The notes under the pieces were generated by a model. That model was not told the DNA's origin. It saw nothing but the letters and a program-made list of their open reading frames with translations, and made no database searches. Shown piece after piece: positions 51,149 to 59,808 of a DNA stretch of 64,000 nt (position 1 is its first letter; each line of letters begins with the position of its first letter). Origin of the DNA: Pseudomonadota bacterium (lineage in GTDB: Bacteria > Pseudomonadota > Gammaproteobacteria > Burkholderiales > Burkholderiaceae_C); contig JAEZLX010000008.1 of assembly GCA_023415035.1 (NCBI GenBank), positions 11,277 through 75,276 of the forward strand, in the 5' to 3' direction. The position numbers and the translations under genes are program-made.

Positions 51149-52276
51149 GGCGGAATCAATAATCAAGTGCAACACCCAACCGGTAAGGTACCGCGATGGG
51201 CAAGCACTACGAACAACTGGCGGCTGCAGAGCGGGCAGCGATCATGATGATGAAGGCGGACAACTGCTCGGCGCGGCAGATCGCTGTGAGGCTGCGCCGG
51301 GCGCCTTCGACCATCACCGGCGAACTCAAGCGCTTTGCCTCCTGGCCGGATCGACCTGCGTCGCTGGCCAACTCCCCTGCAGCCTATGACGCCCGCGCCG
51401 CCAGTCTGCGTGCCCGGCGCGCCCGCTTCAAATGCCGCAAACGCGCCAAGCTGGCCACCGACACCGTGCTCTTTGGTGTGGTTCACCACTTCCTGGCCCA
51501 GGGTTGGTCGCCCTCGCAGATCGCGGGCACACTCAAGCTCATGTGGCCCGATGAACCCCAGCGCACCGTTTCGCACGAAACCATCTACACCTGCATCTAC
51601 GCCATGCCCAAGGGCGAGTTGCGTAAAGACCTGATCGCCTGTCTGCGCCGCGCCAAGTCCAAGCGCATGCAGCGCAGCCGGGGTGAGGATCGCAGGGGCC
51701 AGATGCCCGATCTGTTGAGCATCCATGTGCGCCCGCCCGAGGCCAACGACCGGGCCTTCCCCGGGCACTGGGAGGGCGATCTCATCAAGGGTGCGGGCAA
51801 CCGTTCGGCCGTGGGCGTGCTGGTCGAGCGCAGCTCTCGCCTGGTGATGCTGATCAAGCTGGCCGATGCGACAGCCGCCTCTGCCCTGGAAGGCTTCACG
51901 GCCAAGCTGCGCAGCATTGCCGAACCGATGCGCCAGACCCTGACCTACGACCAGGGCAAGGAAATGGCGCGCCATGCCGAACTGACGGCCAACACCGGCG
52001 TGATGGTGTACTTCTGTGACCCGCACAGCCCGTGGCAGCGTGGCTCCTGCGAGAACACCAACGGGCTGATCCGCCAGTACCTGCCCAAAGGCACCGACCT
52101 GTCCGTCCACAGCCAGGCGCAGCTCGATGCGATTGCCGACCTGCTCAACAACCGCCCGCGCGCCGTCCACGGCTTCTACCCGCCGATCGTCGTCTACAAG
52201 GCCATGTTGGACAAGCTCAATCAACCCAATTCCTCAATTCAATAAATCGGTGTTGCACTTGGTGCTTGACTCCGCC
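51149..52276 (+). mobile_element. IS30-family insertion sequence
   Basis: IRL GGCGGAATCAATAATCAAGTGCAACACC (51149-51176); IRR GGTGTTGCACTTGGTGCTTGACTCCGCC (ends 52276). Confidence 0.9.
51196..52245 (+). CDS. IS30-family DDE transposase
   Basis: WSPSQIAG, VSHETIY, GHWEGDLI, TYDQGKEM, SPWQRGSCENTNGLIRQYLPKG, NNRPR. Confidence 0.96.
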   Translation: MGKHYEQLAAAERAAIMMMKADNCSARQIAVRLRRAPSTITGELKRFASWPDRPASLANSPAAYDARAASLRARRARFKCRKRAKLATDTVLFGVVHHFLAQGWSPSQIAGTLKLMWPDEPQRTVSHETIYTCIYAMPKGELRKDLIACLRRAKSKRMQRSRGEDRRGQMPDLLSIHVRPPEANDRAFPGHWEGDLIKGAGNRSAVGVLVERSSRLVMLIKLADATAASALEGFTAKLRSIAEPMRQTLTYDQGKEMARHAELTANTGVMVYFCDPHSPWQRGSCENTNGLIRQYLPKGTDLSVHSQAQLDAIADLLNNRPRAVHGFYPPIVVYKAMLDKLNQPNSSIQ

Positions 52277-52279
52277 CCA

Positions 52280-52321
52280 ACTAGCGAAATTATTCTACGG
52301 TCACGGACTGGTTTTGCTAGT
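52280..52321. other. Complete attP-like site between the two tandem elements
   Basis: ACTAGCGAAATTATTCTACG-GTCAC-GGACTGGTTTTGCTAGT; left half equals 61221-61245, right half equals 50959-50980; arms are inverted repeats. Confidence 0.85.
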
Positions 52322-52982
52322 TGGTAATTTATCAAGCTCATACAAAGACTGGCATTTCAAGCGACGAGTCGACAGAAATTAAATTTATTCTGTCAAGTTT
52401 ATTTGCCTTTAGACCGTGACTATTTTCTCTAAATAGATTTTATATATGATAAATCTATTTTATATAAAAAAATAATATGAAATACGACCCAAGAAGTATG
52501 GCTCCGGCGCATAAATACCTGTGAGGGTTAGGTCGGGATTTAGGCAGTTGCTCCCGGTCAACCAGTTCATTGTTCTGTCGCGAAGACAACGCAACCACTG
52601 GCATAGGCAGGTGTGGCGATGCGGAACGAAAAGACCAAGCAACTATAAAAGCGCAGAAATGCGCACGATGATGGCACTGTACAACGACAACCATCGGGTC
52701 ACTTGAATGTTGCACCACTAGCTACAAGTGACTGCCGCCAGAATGAGTCTGGGAGTAAAAGGAGACCGGCTGACCGCCCTTACGCTTACGCGTTTCCCTT
52801 AGTGGTGTGTGTCGGAGTTCCCTGTACGGATGATCTGGAGCAACTTGCCTACCCGGGCAAGTTGTGACTAAAGAACCCTACCGGATCATAAAGACACCAA
52901 AGATATATGACATGAGCGAAGCTCGGCGCGTAGCGCCATCTGTGTACATGTCATCAATAAATACAACTACAAGGAGACAGAC

Positions 52983-53141
52983 ATGAATAAAGACATAGCT
53001 AAGCAAATAGAACGACATGGCATAAAGATCACCAAAGAGAAGCTGCTTGATCTAATACGCAAGTCATCGGACAAAGAGTTTGTATGTACAAATGAAGGAG
53101 GTCAGTTCTTGGTGGTCGTCAAAACAAGGGGACCTCTATGA
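52983..53141 (+). CDS. Small hypothetical protein (52 aa, below ORF-track cutoff)
   Basis: AAGGAG RBS at 52971; MNKDIAKQIERHGIKITKEKLLDLIRKSSDKEFVCTNEGGQFLVVVKTRGPL; ATGA overlap with the next ORF. Confidence 0.6.
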   Translation: MNKDIAKQIERHGIKITKEKLLDLIRKSSDKEFVCTNEGGQFLVVVKTRGPL

Positions 53142-53419
53142 AAAAGAACTTGGACGTAGAACTGAATACCCGATATATGCGGTACCTTGCACAAGTAAGG
53201 TCCTATTGCGAAGTCGTTGGCATCAAGTTCGTACAACCGACCATTTCTCAGTTCCTGGCAGCAAACGCCTTGACGCGCGATCGCTTACTTGGTGCCGAAC
53301 CAAAGGTAACTAGTACCAAGGCAGGGGCAACCAAACAGGTAGCCGAGACGAACAAGCGACCGAGCTTGATCTCTTTTGCCAATTACGTCAGAGAGCAGGA
53401 ACATAAAGCTACTAAATGA
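53138..53419 (+). CDS. Small basic hypothetical protein (93 aa)
   Basis: Translationally coupled to the upstream small ORF. Confidence 0.55.
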   Translation: MKKNLDVELNTRYMRYLAQVRSYCEVVGIKFVQPTISQFLAANALTRDRLLGAEPKVTSTKAGATKQVAETNKRPSLISFANYVREQEHKATK

Positions 53420-53969
53420 GCAGCAAGGCAGCACGCTTCTGTGAGTCATTGACGTCGATGTAGCGCTGCGTTGTTGCCAAGTTCTTGTGACCTGCCAGTT
53501 CCTGCAGCACACGTGCACTCACCCCTTGTGCTGCTAGCTTCGTGATGAACGAACGCCGTCCGGTATGGCTACGGCAGCCGTCAAATCCCGCATCTGCATA
53601 CAACTTGGTCATGGTCGCCTGTAGCGTGTTGGCAGTGAACTTGCCCCGCTTCTGGCTTGCAAACAAGTATTCCTGCTTGCCATGCATCACCAAGTACCGG
53701 GCAATCGCTTCCCTGAGCTTGGCGGGTATAAACACCACCCGATCTTTGCTCCCCTTGGTCTGATGTGGTTTGAGCAGCACCTGCTCTTTGATGCCACCAC
53801 TTGGGTCTTGGACATCGGTAACGCGTAGCTCAGCCAACTCACCCACTCGAAACCCAGCCCAGTGCGACATTTGCACCAGCAGCATGTTTCGCTGGGAATT
53901 TCGCCCTTGCTCCAGTTGTGCCAGCAGTCGGACAAATTCGCGATCGGTGAGTGTTCTTGCCTGTGCCAT
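53412..53969 (-). CDS. Tyrosine recombinase, catalytic domain only (185 aa)
   Basis: GFRVGEL (R), TKG (K), HTGRRSF (HxxR), LAGH, TQRY. Confidence 0.93.
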   Translation of the reverse strand: MAQARTLTDREFVRLLAQLEQGRNSQRNMLLVQMSHWAGFRVGELAELRVTDVQDPSGGIKEQVLLKPHQTKGSKDRVVFIPAKLREAIARYLVMHGKQEYLFASQKRGKFTANTLQATMTKLYADAGFDGCRSHTGRRSFITKLAAQGVSARVLQELAGHKNLATTQRYIDVNDSQKRAALLLI

Positions 53970-53972
53970 GTG

Positions 53973-54120
53973 ATGTGGTCCTCTTCAATAACCACGACTT
54001 TACGACCAGACCACATTAAAAATCAACATTATCAACTTGCAGGCGGCATTGCCGTGGACTTACCCCATAGAAATCAAGCACTTAGACAATAACCACGACT
54101 TTTGTGTATTAGTCGTGGTT
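53973..54120. promoter_or_regulatory. Candidate recombination (res-like) or operator region with IHF consensus
   Basis: CAATAACCACGACTTT at 53986 and 54087; IR AACCACGACT-N10-AGTCGTGGTT (54091-54120); AATCAAGCACTTA (WATCAANNNNTTR) at 54072. Confidence 0.6.
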
Positions 54121-54256
54121 TTCTTTTCGTTGCATACACCCTTTGGTGACTCGCGTCATTTAGGAACGAAGAGACATAGCCTTATGAGTGACTTCTTGTG
54201 ATTTATTAAAGAAGGCAAAGAATAGAGGTTGCACACATTGAAATGGAGCAACTCAA

Positions 54257-55415
54257 ATGGCAACGATCCTTCAATCCCTCAAGGTCAGCGCAGTTCAACG
54301 TCGTATTGACCGCTCGCCAACACAACATCGTCGTGACCGACTGCTCAATATCATCAGCGAGCAAATGGAAGCGGCTGCTGCACATGCAGACGGCAAGCCA
54401 TATGTGGTGACGGTCAACAGGAAAGTGCTGAACAAGTTCACAGGCGAGAAGACGACGGTGAACATGCCCAAACGGTTTCGCCAGTGCTGGTGGACCGCGG
54501 AAGATGGCAAAACCTACATGCAACTGCGGTACGGCACCAAGGTACTTGAGATCGCAAAGGGCAAGACGACCATCGAAGTCGGTGACTTCTCAAAGCTCGT
54601 CCCGACGCTGGAACTGATCCGGGATGCCGTGCTACTTGGAGAGTTCGACGACCTCCTTAGCAGTGCATCCTCTCGCCTTGCAGCACAGCTCAAGCATTTG
54701 TGGGTGTACGACCAGTCCCGCCTATCCAGAAACGACCAGGTCGCCTCAATCTTCCGGTACGAGTGCAACAAGCAGGGCGTCACGCTGTACACGAAAGACG
54801 GGCAGTTTGACCTGTCGTCACCGCAGGACATGCTGCTCAAGCAAATGCTTGATGCGCTTGCGGAGTTCGACAACACGACCCGGGCAGAGCGTACACGTCT
54901 GGGTAAGCTGAACCGGGTTCGTTCAGGGTACTGGCACGGCGGACCACCGCCCTTTGGCTACCAGCTGAAGGACCGAAAGCTGGTCGTTGATGAAGTCGAA
55001 GCCAAATGGGTCAAACGCATGTTCGCGCTGTCATCAGCAGGGACGTCACCAGCAGATATCAAGCGCGAACTAGACAGCAACGGCGTGACTGCTCGGCGGG
55101 GGGGGCTATGGACGATCGGCTCCATTGCCGCCATGTTGAAGAACCCACATTACGCGGGACAGTACACGTACAAGGACAGGAAGTCCGACCACCGACGAGC
55201 AGCGCAAGGAATACATCGCTGGCATCGTGGACCGCATCGATGTGAAGTGGTTGGCAGAAGAACGTCAGCATGAGATGACGATCAAGTTCCGTCTGCCCAT
55301 CATCGGTGATGGCATCCAGTGGATCGACCCCAAGCAAAAGTCCAAGGGTTACACGCTGGTCGATGGACAGCGGACCGAAACAATCACCCTTTCAAAAAGG
55401 GACCGTCGCGGGTAA
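54257..55415 (+). pseudogene. DUF6641-like ORF fused by deletion to a truncated, frameshifted large serine recombinase
   Basis: First ~146 aa are DUF6641-like; then DQSRLSRN, PPFGY, LKNPHYAG without the N-terminal YxRVS catalytic motif; frame jump near 55190 into the C-terminal IVDRIDV..I.FRLP segment. Confidence 0.75.
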
Positions 55416-55717
55416 GGGACTGGGACTGGCTGGAAGTACGGCAAGGACCGACGAAAAGTACCCTAGAAACGGCGGACGGGCATCCTGGGTACTTAGACAT
55501 ATCCCTCTCCGTTCGTACGTTGTCGCTCAAGCCCAGGCAGTACACGCAGTATCAGCTAAAGCTGCTTCGCGGGGTTGTGTATCTGCGTGAGCAAGAAGGG
55601 CTGACCTTCCGAGCGATTGCCCGCCTACTGGGGGATCGTGGCTACCGATCGGCACGCGGTAAACCGCTTAGCCCAGAGCTTGTATTCTCCACGTACAAAA
55701 AAAGACCGGCTGCCTAA
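55416..55717 (+). pseudogene. Recombinase-type HTH fragment (start undefined)
   Basis: LREQEGLTFRAIARLLGDRGYRSARGKPLS resembles the DNA-binding helix of serine-recombinase RD domains. Confidence 0.45.
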
Positions 55718-55734
55718 AAAGCCGGTCTCTTCTT
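55697..55734. terminator. Probable bidirectional intrinsic terminator
   Basis: A-tract, AGACCGGCT-GCCTAAAA-AGCCGGTCT stem-loop, pyrimidine tail; between convergent ORFs. Confidence 0.65.
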
Positions 55735-55757
55735 AGTAAGTCCTCAAAGTAGCGCGG

Positions 55758-55952
55758 TCAGGCTCCAATGATGGCACTGATTTGTTGCGCCACTTTCAGA
55801 CCCTTGTCGTCTGCCAAAGCGAATAGAAATAGGCATCGCCCGTTGCTAGCTTTAGCCCATTGCTCACCTACTTGGCGTTTTTCGCGTGAATCGTCGTTGG
55901 TACTGTATAGCTCGCCTTTGTACCCAATAACAAGGATACCTTTGATGGTCAC
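55758..55952 (-). pseudogene. C-terminal remnant of a type III restriction (Res) subunit-like nuclease
   Basis: GILVIGYKGE...NDDSREKRQVGEQWAKASNGRCLF resembles the Res C-terminus (LVVEYKG); only 64 aa. Confidence 0.55.
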
Positions 55953-55969
55953 CTAGTGTGACTATCTGT

Positions 55970-57517
55970 TCAGAAAAGTGACGAAACGACCTGAGAAATA
56001 TGTTCTTTGCGCACAAATACACCATGTGCGCGCACTACCTGATCCCCCGTTATCTTGATGAGCATATCTCCAGCACCAAGCAAATTTTCTGCGCCGGGTT
56101 CTCCTAAAATAATCTTCGACTCGGTCGAAGTCCTGACTGTCAATGCGACGCGCGAAGGAACATTGGTACGAATGAGTCCTGAGAAGGTTTCGGCGTCTGG
56201 GCGCTGGGTTGCAAGAACAAGATGGATACCAGCCGCCCTTGCTTTTTGCGCTAGCCGCTCTATTGCTTGCTCAGTTGTCTTCTCTTGCAAGATCAGGTCA
56301 GCCAACTCTTCGACAAATACCACAATAAAGGGCAGCATTTGTCCTTTCTGACGCGCCTCAGCGATATTCGCAACCCCAAGTCGCTCGAAAATTGAGTATC
56401 TTGTCTCCATCTCCACAAGCAAATTATCGAGAAACTCCCGAGCGTCAGACACTTCAACTGCAACCTTGCCGCCATACAGATTTCCAAGCTTGCCATAAGA
56501 GGAAAACTCAACACGCTTTGGATCTATTAGAGCGAGCTGCATTGTCTCCGGGCTATGCCTCAAAAGAAGCGAAAGAATCAAAGAGTGCAAACACAGACTC
56601 TTTCCTGAATTCGTTGTGCCCCCGACTAATAGATGTGGCGCTGCTGCGAGGTCAAAAACAACGTCATCACCAGTAACCGTTACGCCCGCGTAAACCTCTA
56701 GTTTTGACGCGTCCCTGGGCGATTGAGAAGCCCACGATTGGAGACGATCAAACGGGACAGAACTCCATGACGCCTTTGTGCGGGGAACATCAATGAACAC
56801 GGTCATCGGTTTGTCCCCATTGATAATCGCAGGAAGCTTGTCCCCCAAGTTCATCGCCAGTGCAAGCTGAGACACGTTGCGATTTAATTTCGCCGCATCG
56901 TTCAAATTCATCAGCAGCACTTTATAACGCGTTAGACGGGCTCCAAAAAGCGTCTCCTTGACCTGAACTTTGATGCTAAGTGCCTCCAGCGCCTTGACCA
57001 AAGCAATCGATTCGTCAACAGGCGCTATCGCCGGCGGATTGTTAGTACTGACCGTATCGCCACTCTGCAAAAGATCGCCCGATCCAATGTCGGGCATATC
57101 AGATCTCCGCGAAATGAGAACTTCAACAAACTTGGCGTAGTTTTTCTCAGTCTCAAGCCAATCTTTATAGAGTTCCTTTGCACCTCTGTGCCAGTGGCAG
57201 CGAATCGCAACTCTCAAAGAGTCTTGCGAATTGATAACCGAAGCTCCTGTCGAAATCGAATGAGCAACTAGCAGACCAATCCACGCGCCTATGTTGTCAG
57301 TGCTGAATAAGGCTTGCGCAGGGACTTCAATTCCCTTAGAGTCCGGCGTGTCGTCCCCAAGCGGTCCCATGGAGAGGCTTCTTCCGATCGCCAAACGGGC
57401 GAACTGGGCTTTGGTGTCTAACCCAAGCGCTTGCCACATCTCGATGGTTATAGCGTCTGCCTCTTGACTCGTACGATAGCGGTTGCTAAGAATAACTTGG
57501 ATATCGAGATCACTCAC
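55970..57517 (-). CDS. DndE-like domain fused to an FtsK/SpoIIIE ATPase domain
   Basis: N-terminal ARLAIGRSL...HWHRG (DndE-like) and position after dndD; C-terminal HLLVGGTTNSGKS, IDPK, EELADL, RLAQKARAAGIHLVLATQRP, GAENLLGAGDML. Confidence 0.8.
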   Translation of the reverse strand: MSDLDIQVILSNRYRTSQEADAITIEMWQALGLDTKAQFARLAIGRSLSMGPLGDDTPDSKGIEVPAQALFSTDNIGAWIGLLVAHSISTGASVINSQDSLRVAIRCHWHRGAKELYKDWLETEKNYAKFVEVLISRRSDMPDIGSGDLLQSGDTVSTNNPPAIAPVDESIALVKALEALSIKVQVKETLFGARLTRYKVLLMNLNDAAKLNRNVSQLALAMNLGDKLPAIINGDKPMTVFIDVPRTKASWSSVPFDRLQSWASQSPRDASKLEVYAGVTVTGDDVVFDLAAAPHLLVGGTTNSGKSLCLHSLILSLLLRHSPETMQLALIDPKRVEFSSYGKLGNLYGGKVAVEVSDAREFLDNLLVEMETRYSIFERLGVANIAEARQKGQMLPFIVVFVEELADLILQEKTTEQAIERLAQKARAAGIHLVLATQRPDAETFSGLIRTNVPSRVALTVRTSTESKIILGEPGAENLLGAGDMLIKITGDQVVRAHGVFVRKEHISQVVSSLF

Positions 57518-59586
57518 GCCGTCACCCCCCCAAAGTACTTATTTTCACGGGCTACTGTTCTGCCGATTCCATCGCCAACTTCAGAGTGCTCAAGCAAGTA
57601 GGTCTTTGCTACGTGCCTCTTGATCGTTTTGAAGTGGGTTGGGCTGATTTCCTCATCTTGAGACAATAGGATGACCTGCCGTGCTTCGTCACCTGTCCAA
57701 AACCCAAAAATATTCTCGCGATGCTTGCTATCGAGGCGTCCCAATGGTGTATCAACAACCAGCGGAGCATCGATCTTTGACACCTCGGCGAGCCCAGCAA
57801 TCAATGCTGTAGCGAAGATCTGATTTTCTCCGGCGGACCTGTCAAAATTCAAGTCCTTGCCGTTCGCGCTAAGAATGCGCGTGTTCCCATCGTCTTCAAT
57901 GACAATCTTTGCAACTTGAGTCTTGTGCGCAAGCTGCTTGTACACCTTCGTCATCGCACTGGACAGCTGCCGTACCTTCAACGGGAACAACTCAGGGATA
58001 ACCTCTTCAAGCACCCTGCGGGTACGCTCAGACTTGTCAACCAGAGTACGGTCAGGACTAGTCGAATCGCGACGTGCACGCTCTGCTTCGTAAGAGGCAC
58101 GCAATTGATGAATGTGAGCCTCAAGACTAACGACATCGCGCTGAAGCGTTCCATTCTGAGACTCCAGTTCATCGATCTTCGCAATGATCGAGTTGAGCTG
58201 CGCCTTCATCTCAGCAAGTGTTCCGTCTCTGTCAATACCCTCTATTCTAGAAATTCGCCGGCTTACCTCATCGATTCGACTTTCGAGATCATTTTTTTGA
58301 AGGATCAGATTATTGACCTCTTTTTGACCAACGCTCAATGTACCAAGAAATCTGATCGCACGTTGCTTTAGCTCATCATGCAGATAGTCGTGCACGAACT
58401 TATCTGCAGTATTCGGAGGGGGTGGCAAAAAGAGCGACTGCCAAGCTGCCTCAACGCGCTGCTTCAATGCGTCCAGCTGACTTGGCAAAAGATCAGGATT
58501 AAAAGGGGCTCCTTCAAAACCCAGCAAATGCGAATAGAATTTCTCCTGCTTTGGCTGAAGCGCGCGACATTCGCTTTGCCACTTCGTTAGCGCAATCTCG
58601 CCGTTGATTTGCTCTTTAAACTCCTGAAGCAATTTGCTGGGCATCAGATAGAAAGGCAGCTTGTCCGCTACGATCTTTGAAAGTTGCGACTCCACAGCCT
58701 TCTTTGCTGTTCTAAGCTGCTCACGTTCTTCAACAAGATCCTTAACGGTTGCGATTTCACCGCCTCCACCGCCTGCAGCAACTATTCGATCTAGCAGCGA
58801 CTGCCGCTCAGCTTTTAAATCCACTGTCTTAGCATTATTCTGCTCGAGTGTAGTTTTCGTCTTCGCCAGACGGTCCACCTCTTCATGTAATGACTTCTGC
58901 AGTTTATCTAGATTCTGTTCGTTGACGTTAGTGAGTTTTGGACGCCTCGCATCCTCGAACGCTTTCAAACGATCCGCAAGATTTCGAAGAAGGACAACTC
59001 CGAGCAACCCCTCAAGCCCTTGTTTGACTTGTTCAATTCGAGATTGATCCGCCAGCTTTTTTACTTCTTCACCGTCAAAGAAAAAGAAAGGCGCGATGTG
59101 AGCAGGTACATACTGCTCTTCAAGAATTTCACTGAGGTTAAAGCCTCGTTCGCCGTCTTTCCTAGGAATGCCGGGTACATCCCGGTTTAAGTCGCGGACG
59201 ATCGTTTCCTCATCGTGCCAACTGCCGTTCAGCTTAAAGTACCAGCGCCTAGTGATATCGATACCTTTGGTTTTGGTTCGATAGATCACAACTCGCACTG
59301 ACATCGTCATATCGATGCCTTCACGTCGCGCCTCTCCGTTGAAAGCTTTCTCCAAGAAGGTTGGGTAGCCCCGATAGTCGTCAGTTTTTAGACCTGCACG
59401 AGCGAGGTGTGGCAGTGCATCTTTTCCATATAGGCAAAGATACAGCGCTTCCAGAATCGTCGTCTTACCGTAGCCGTTCATGCCTCCAACGAGGACTATG
59501 TTTTTTCCTTCATTCGGCTCGGGAAACTGCAGGGAGGCATGTTGATAACTTTTGAACTTCGTGAGTTCAATACGCGAGATGTACAT
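57514..59586 (-). CDS. dndD: DNA phosphorothioation SMC-like ATPase DndD
   Basis: GMNGYGKTT, FFFFDGE, long coiled coil, SAGENQI, VDTPLGRLDSKHR, ILLSQDEEI. Confidence 0.9.
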   Translation of the reverse strand: MYISRIELTKFKSYQHASLQFPEPNEGKNIVLVGGMNGYGKTTILEALYLCLYGKDALPHLARAGLKTDDYRGYPTFLEKAFNGEARREGIDMTMSVRVVIYRTKTKGIDITRRWYFKLNGSWHDEETIVRDLNRDVPGIPRKDGERGFNLSEILEEQYVPAHIAPFFFFDGEEVKKLADQSRIEQVKQGLEGLLGVVLLRNLADRLKAFEDARRPKLTNVNEQNLDKLQKSLHEEVDRLAKTKTTLEQNNAKTVDLKAERQSLLDRIVAAGGGGGEIATVKDLVEEREQLRTAKKAVESQLSKIVADKLPFYLMPSKLLQEFKEQINGEIALTKWQSECRALQPKQEKFYSHLLGFEGAPFNPDLLPSQLDALKQRVEAAWQSLFLPPPPNTADKFVHDYLHDELKQRAIRFLGTLSVGQKEVNNLILQKNDLESRIDEVSRRISRIEGIDRDGTLAEMKAQLNSIIAKIDELESQNGTLQRDVVSLEAHIHQLRASYEAERARRDSTSPDRTLVDKSERTRRVLEEVIPELFPLKVRQLSSAMTKVYKQLAHKTQVAKIVIEDDGNTRILSANGKDLNFDRSAGENQIFATALIAGLAEVSKIDAPLVVDTPLGRLDSKHRENIFGFWTGDEARQVILLSQDEEISPTHFKTIKRHVAKTYLLEHSEVGDGIGRTVARENKYFGGVTA

Positions 59587-59595
59587 CGTTTCCCC

Positions 59596-59808
59596 TCAGT
59601 CGAATCTTCCGAGTATTTCTTCAAACCGCGCATAGATACCAGCTGCTCGTTCCTGATGCTGCCGTTCTCGCTGCAGGACGACCAGTTCGGTGATTACATC
59701 AACCGGGACTGAATGTCTAGCGCAAACTGCAGCGAGAACTTGATGTGCCTCATCGTCTGACCATAGCGGCAAATCTGCTATTGATATTCCATCATGCTCG
59801 TTAGACAT
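59596..59808 (-). CDS. Small dnd-associated protein (70 aa)
   Basis: Lies between dndC and dndD and overlaps the dndC stop; helical, resembles the C-terminal part missing from this short DndC. Confidence 0.65.
   Translation of the reverse strand: MSNEHDGISIADLPLWSDDEAHQVLAAVCARHSVPVDVITELVVLQRERQHQERAAGIYARFEEILGRFD

Larger units (their letters stand above)
50959..52304. mobile_element. Degenerate integrative element 1 (now almost only IS30)
   Basis: Bounded by GTCAC-core att junctions at 50959 and 52300. Confidence 0.7.

Noticed and set aside
50959..52321. CRISPR array from the repeated palindromic att sequence
   Set aside because: Only two or three partial copies, kilobases apart; no regular spacers and no cas genes
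52800..52965. Retron msr/msd
   Set aside because: No reverse transcriptase gene in the element or window
55970..57517. Housekeeping cell-division ftsK
   Set aside because: Lacks the N-terminal membrane domain and gamma domain, and sits in a low-GC dnd operon
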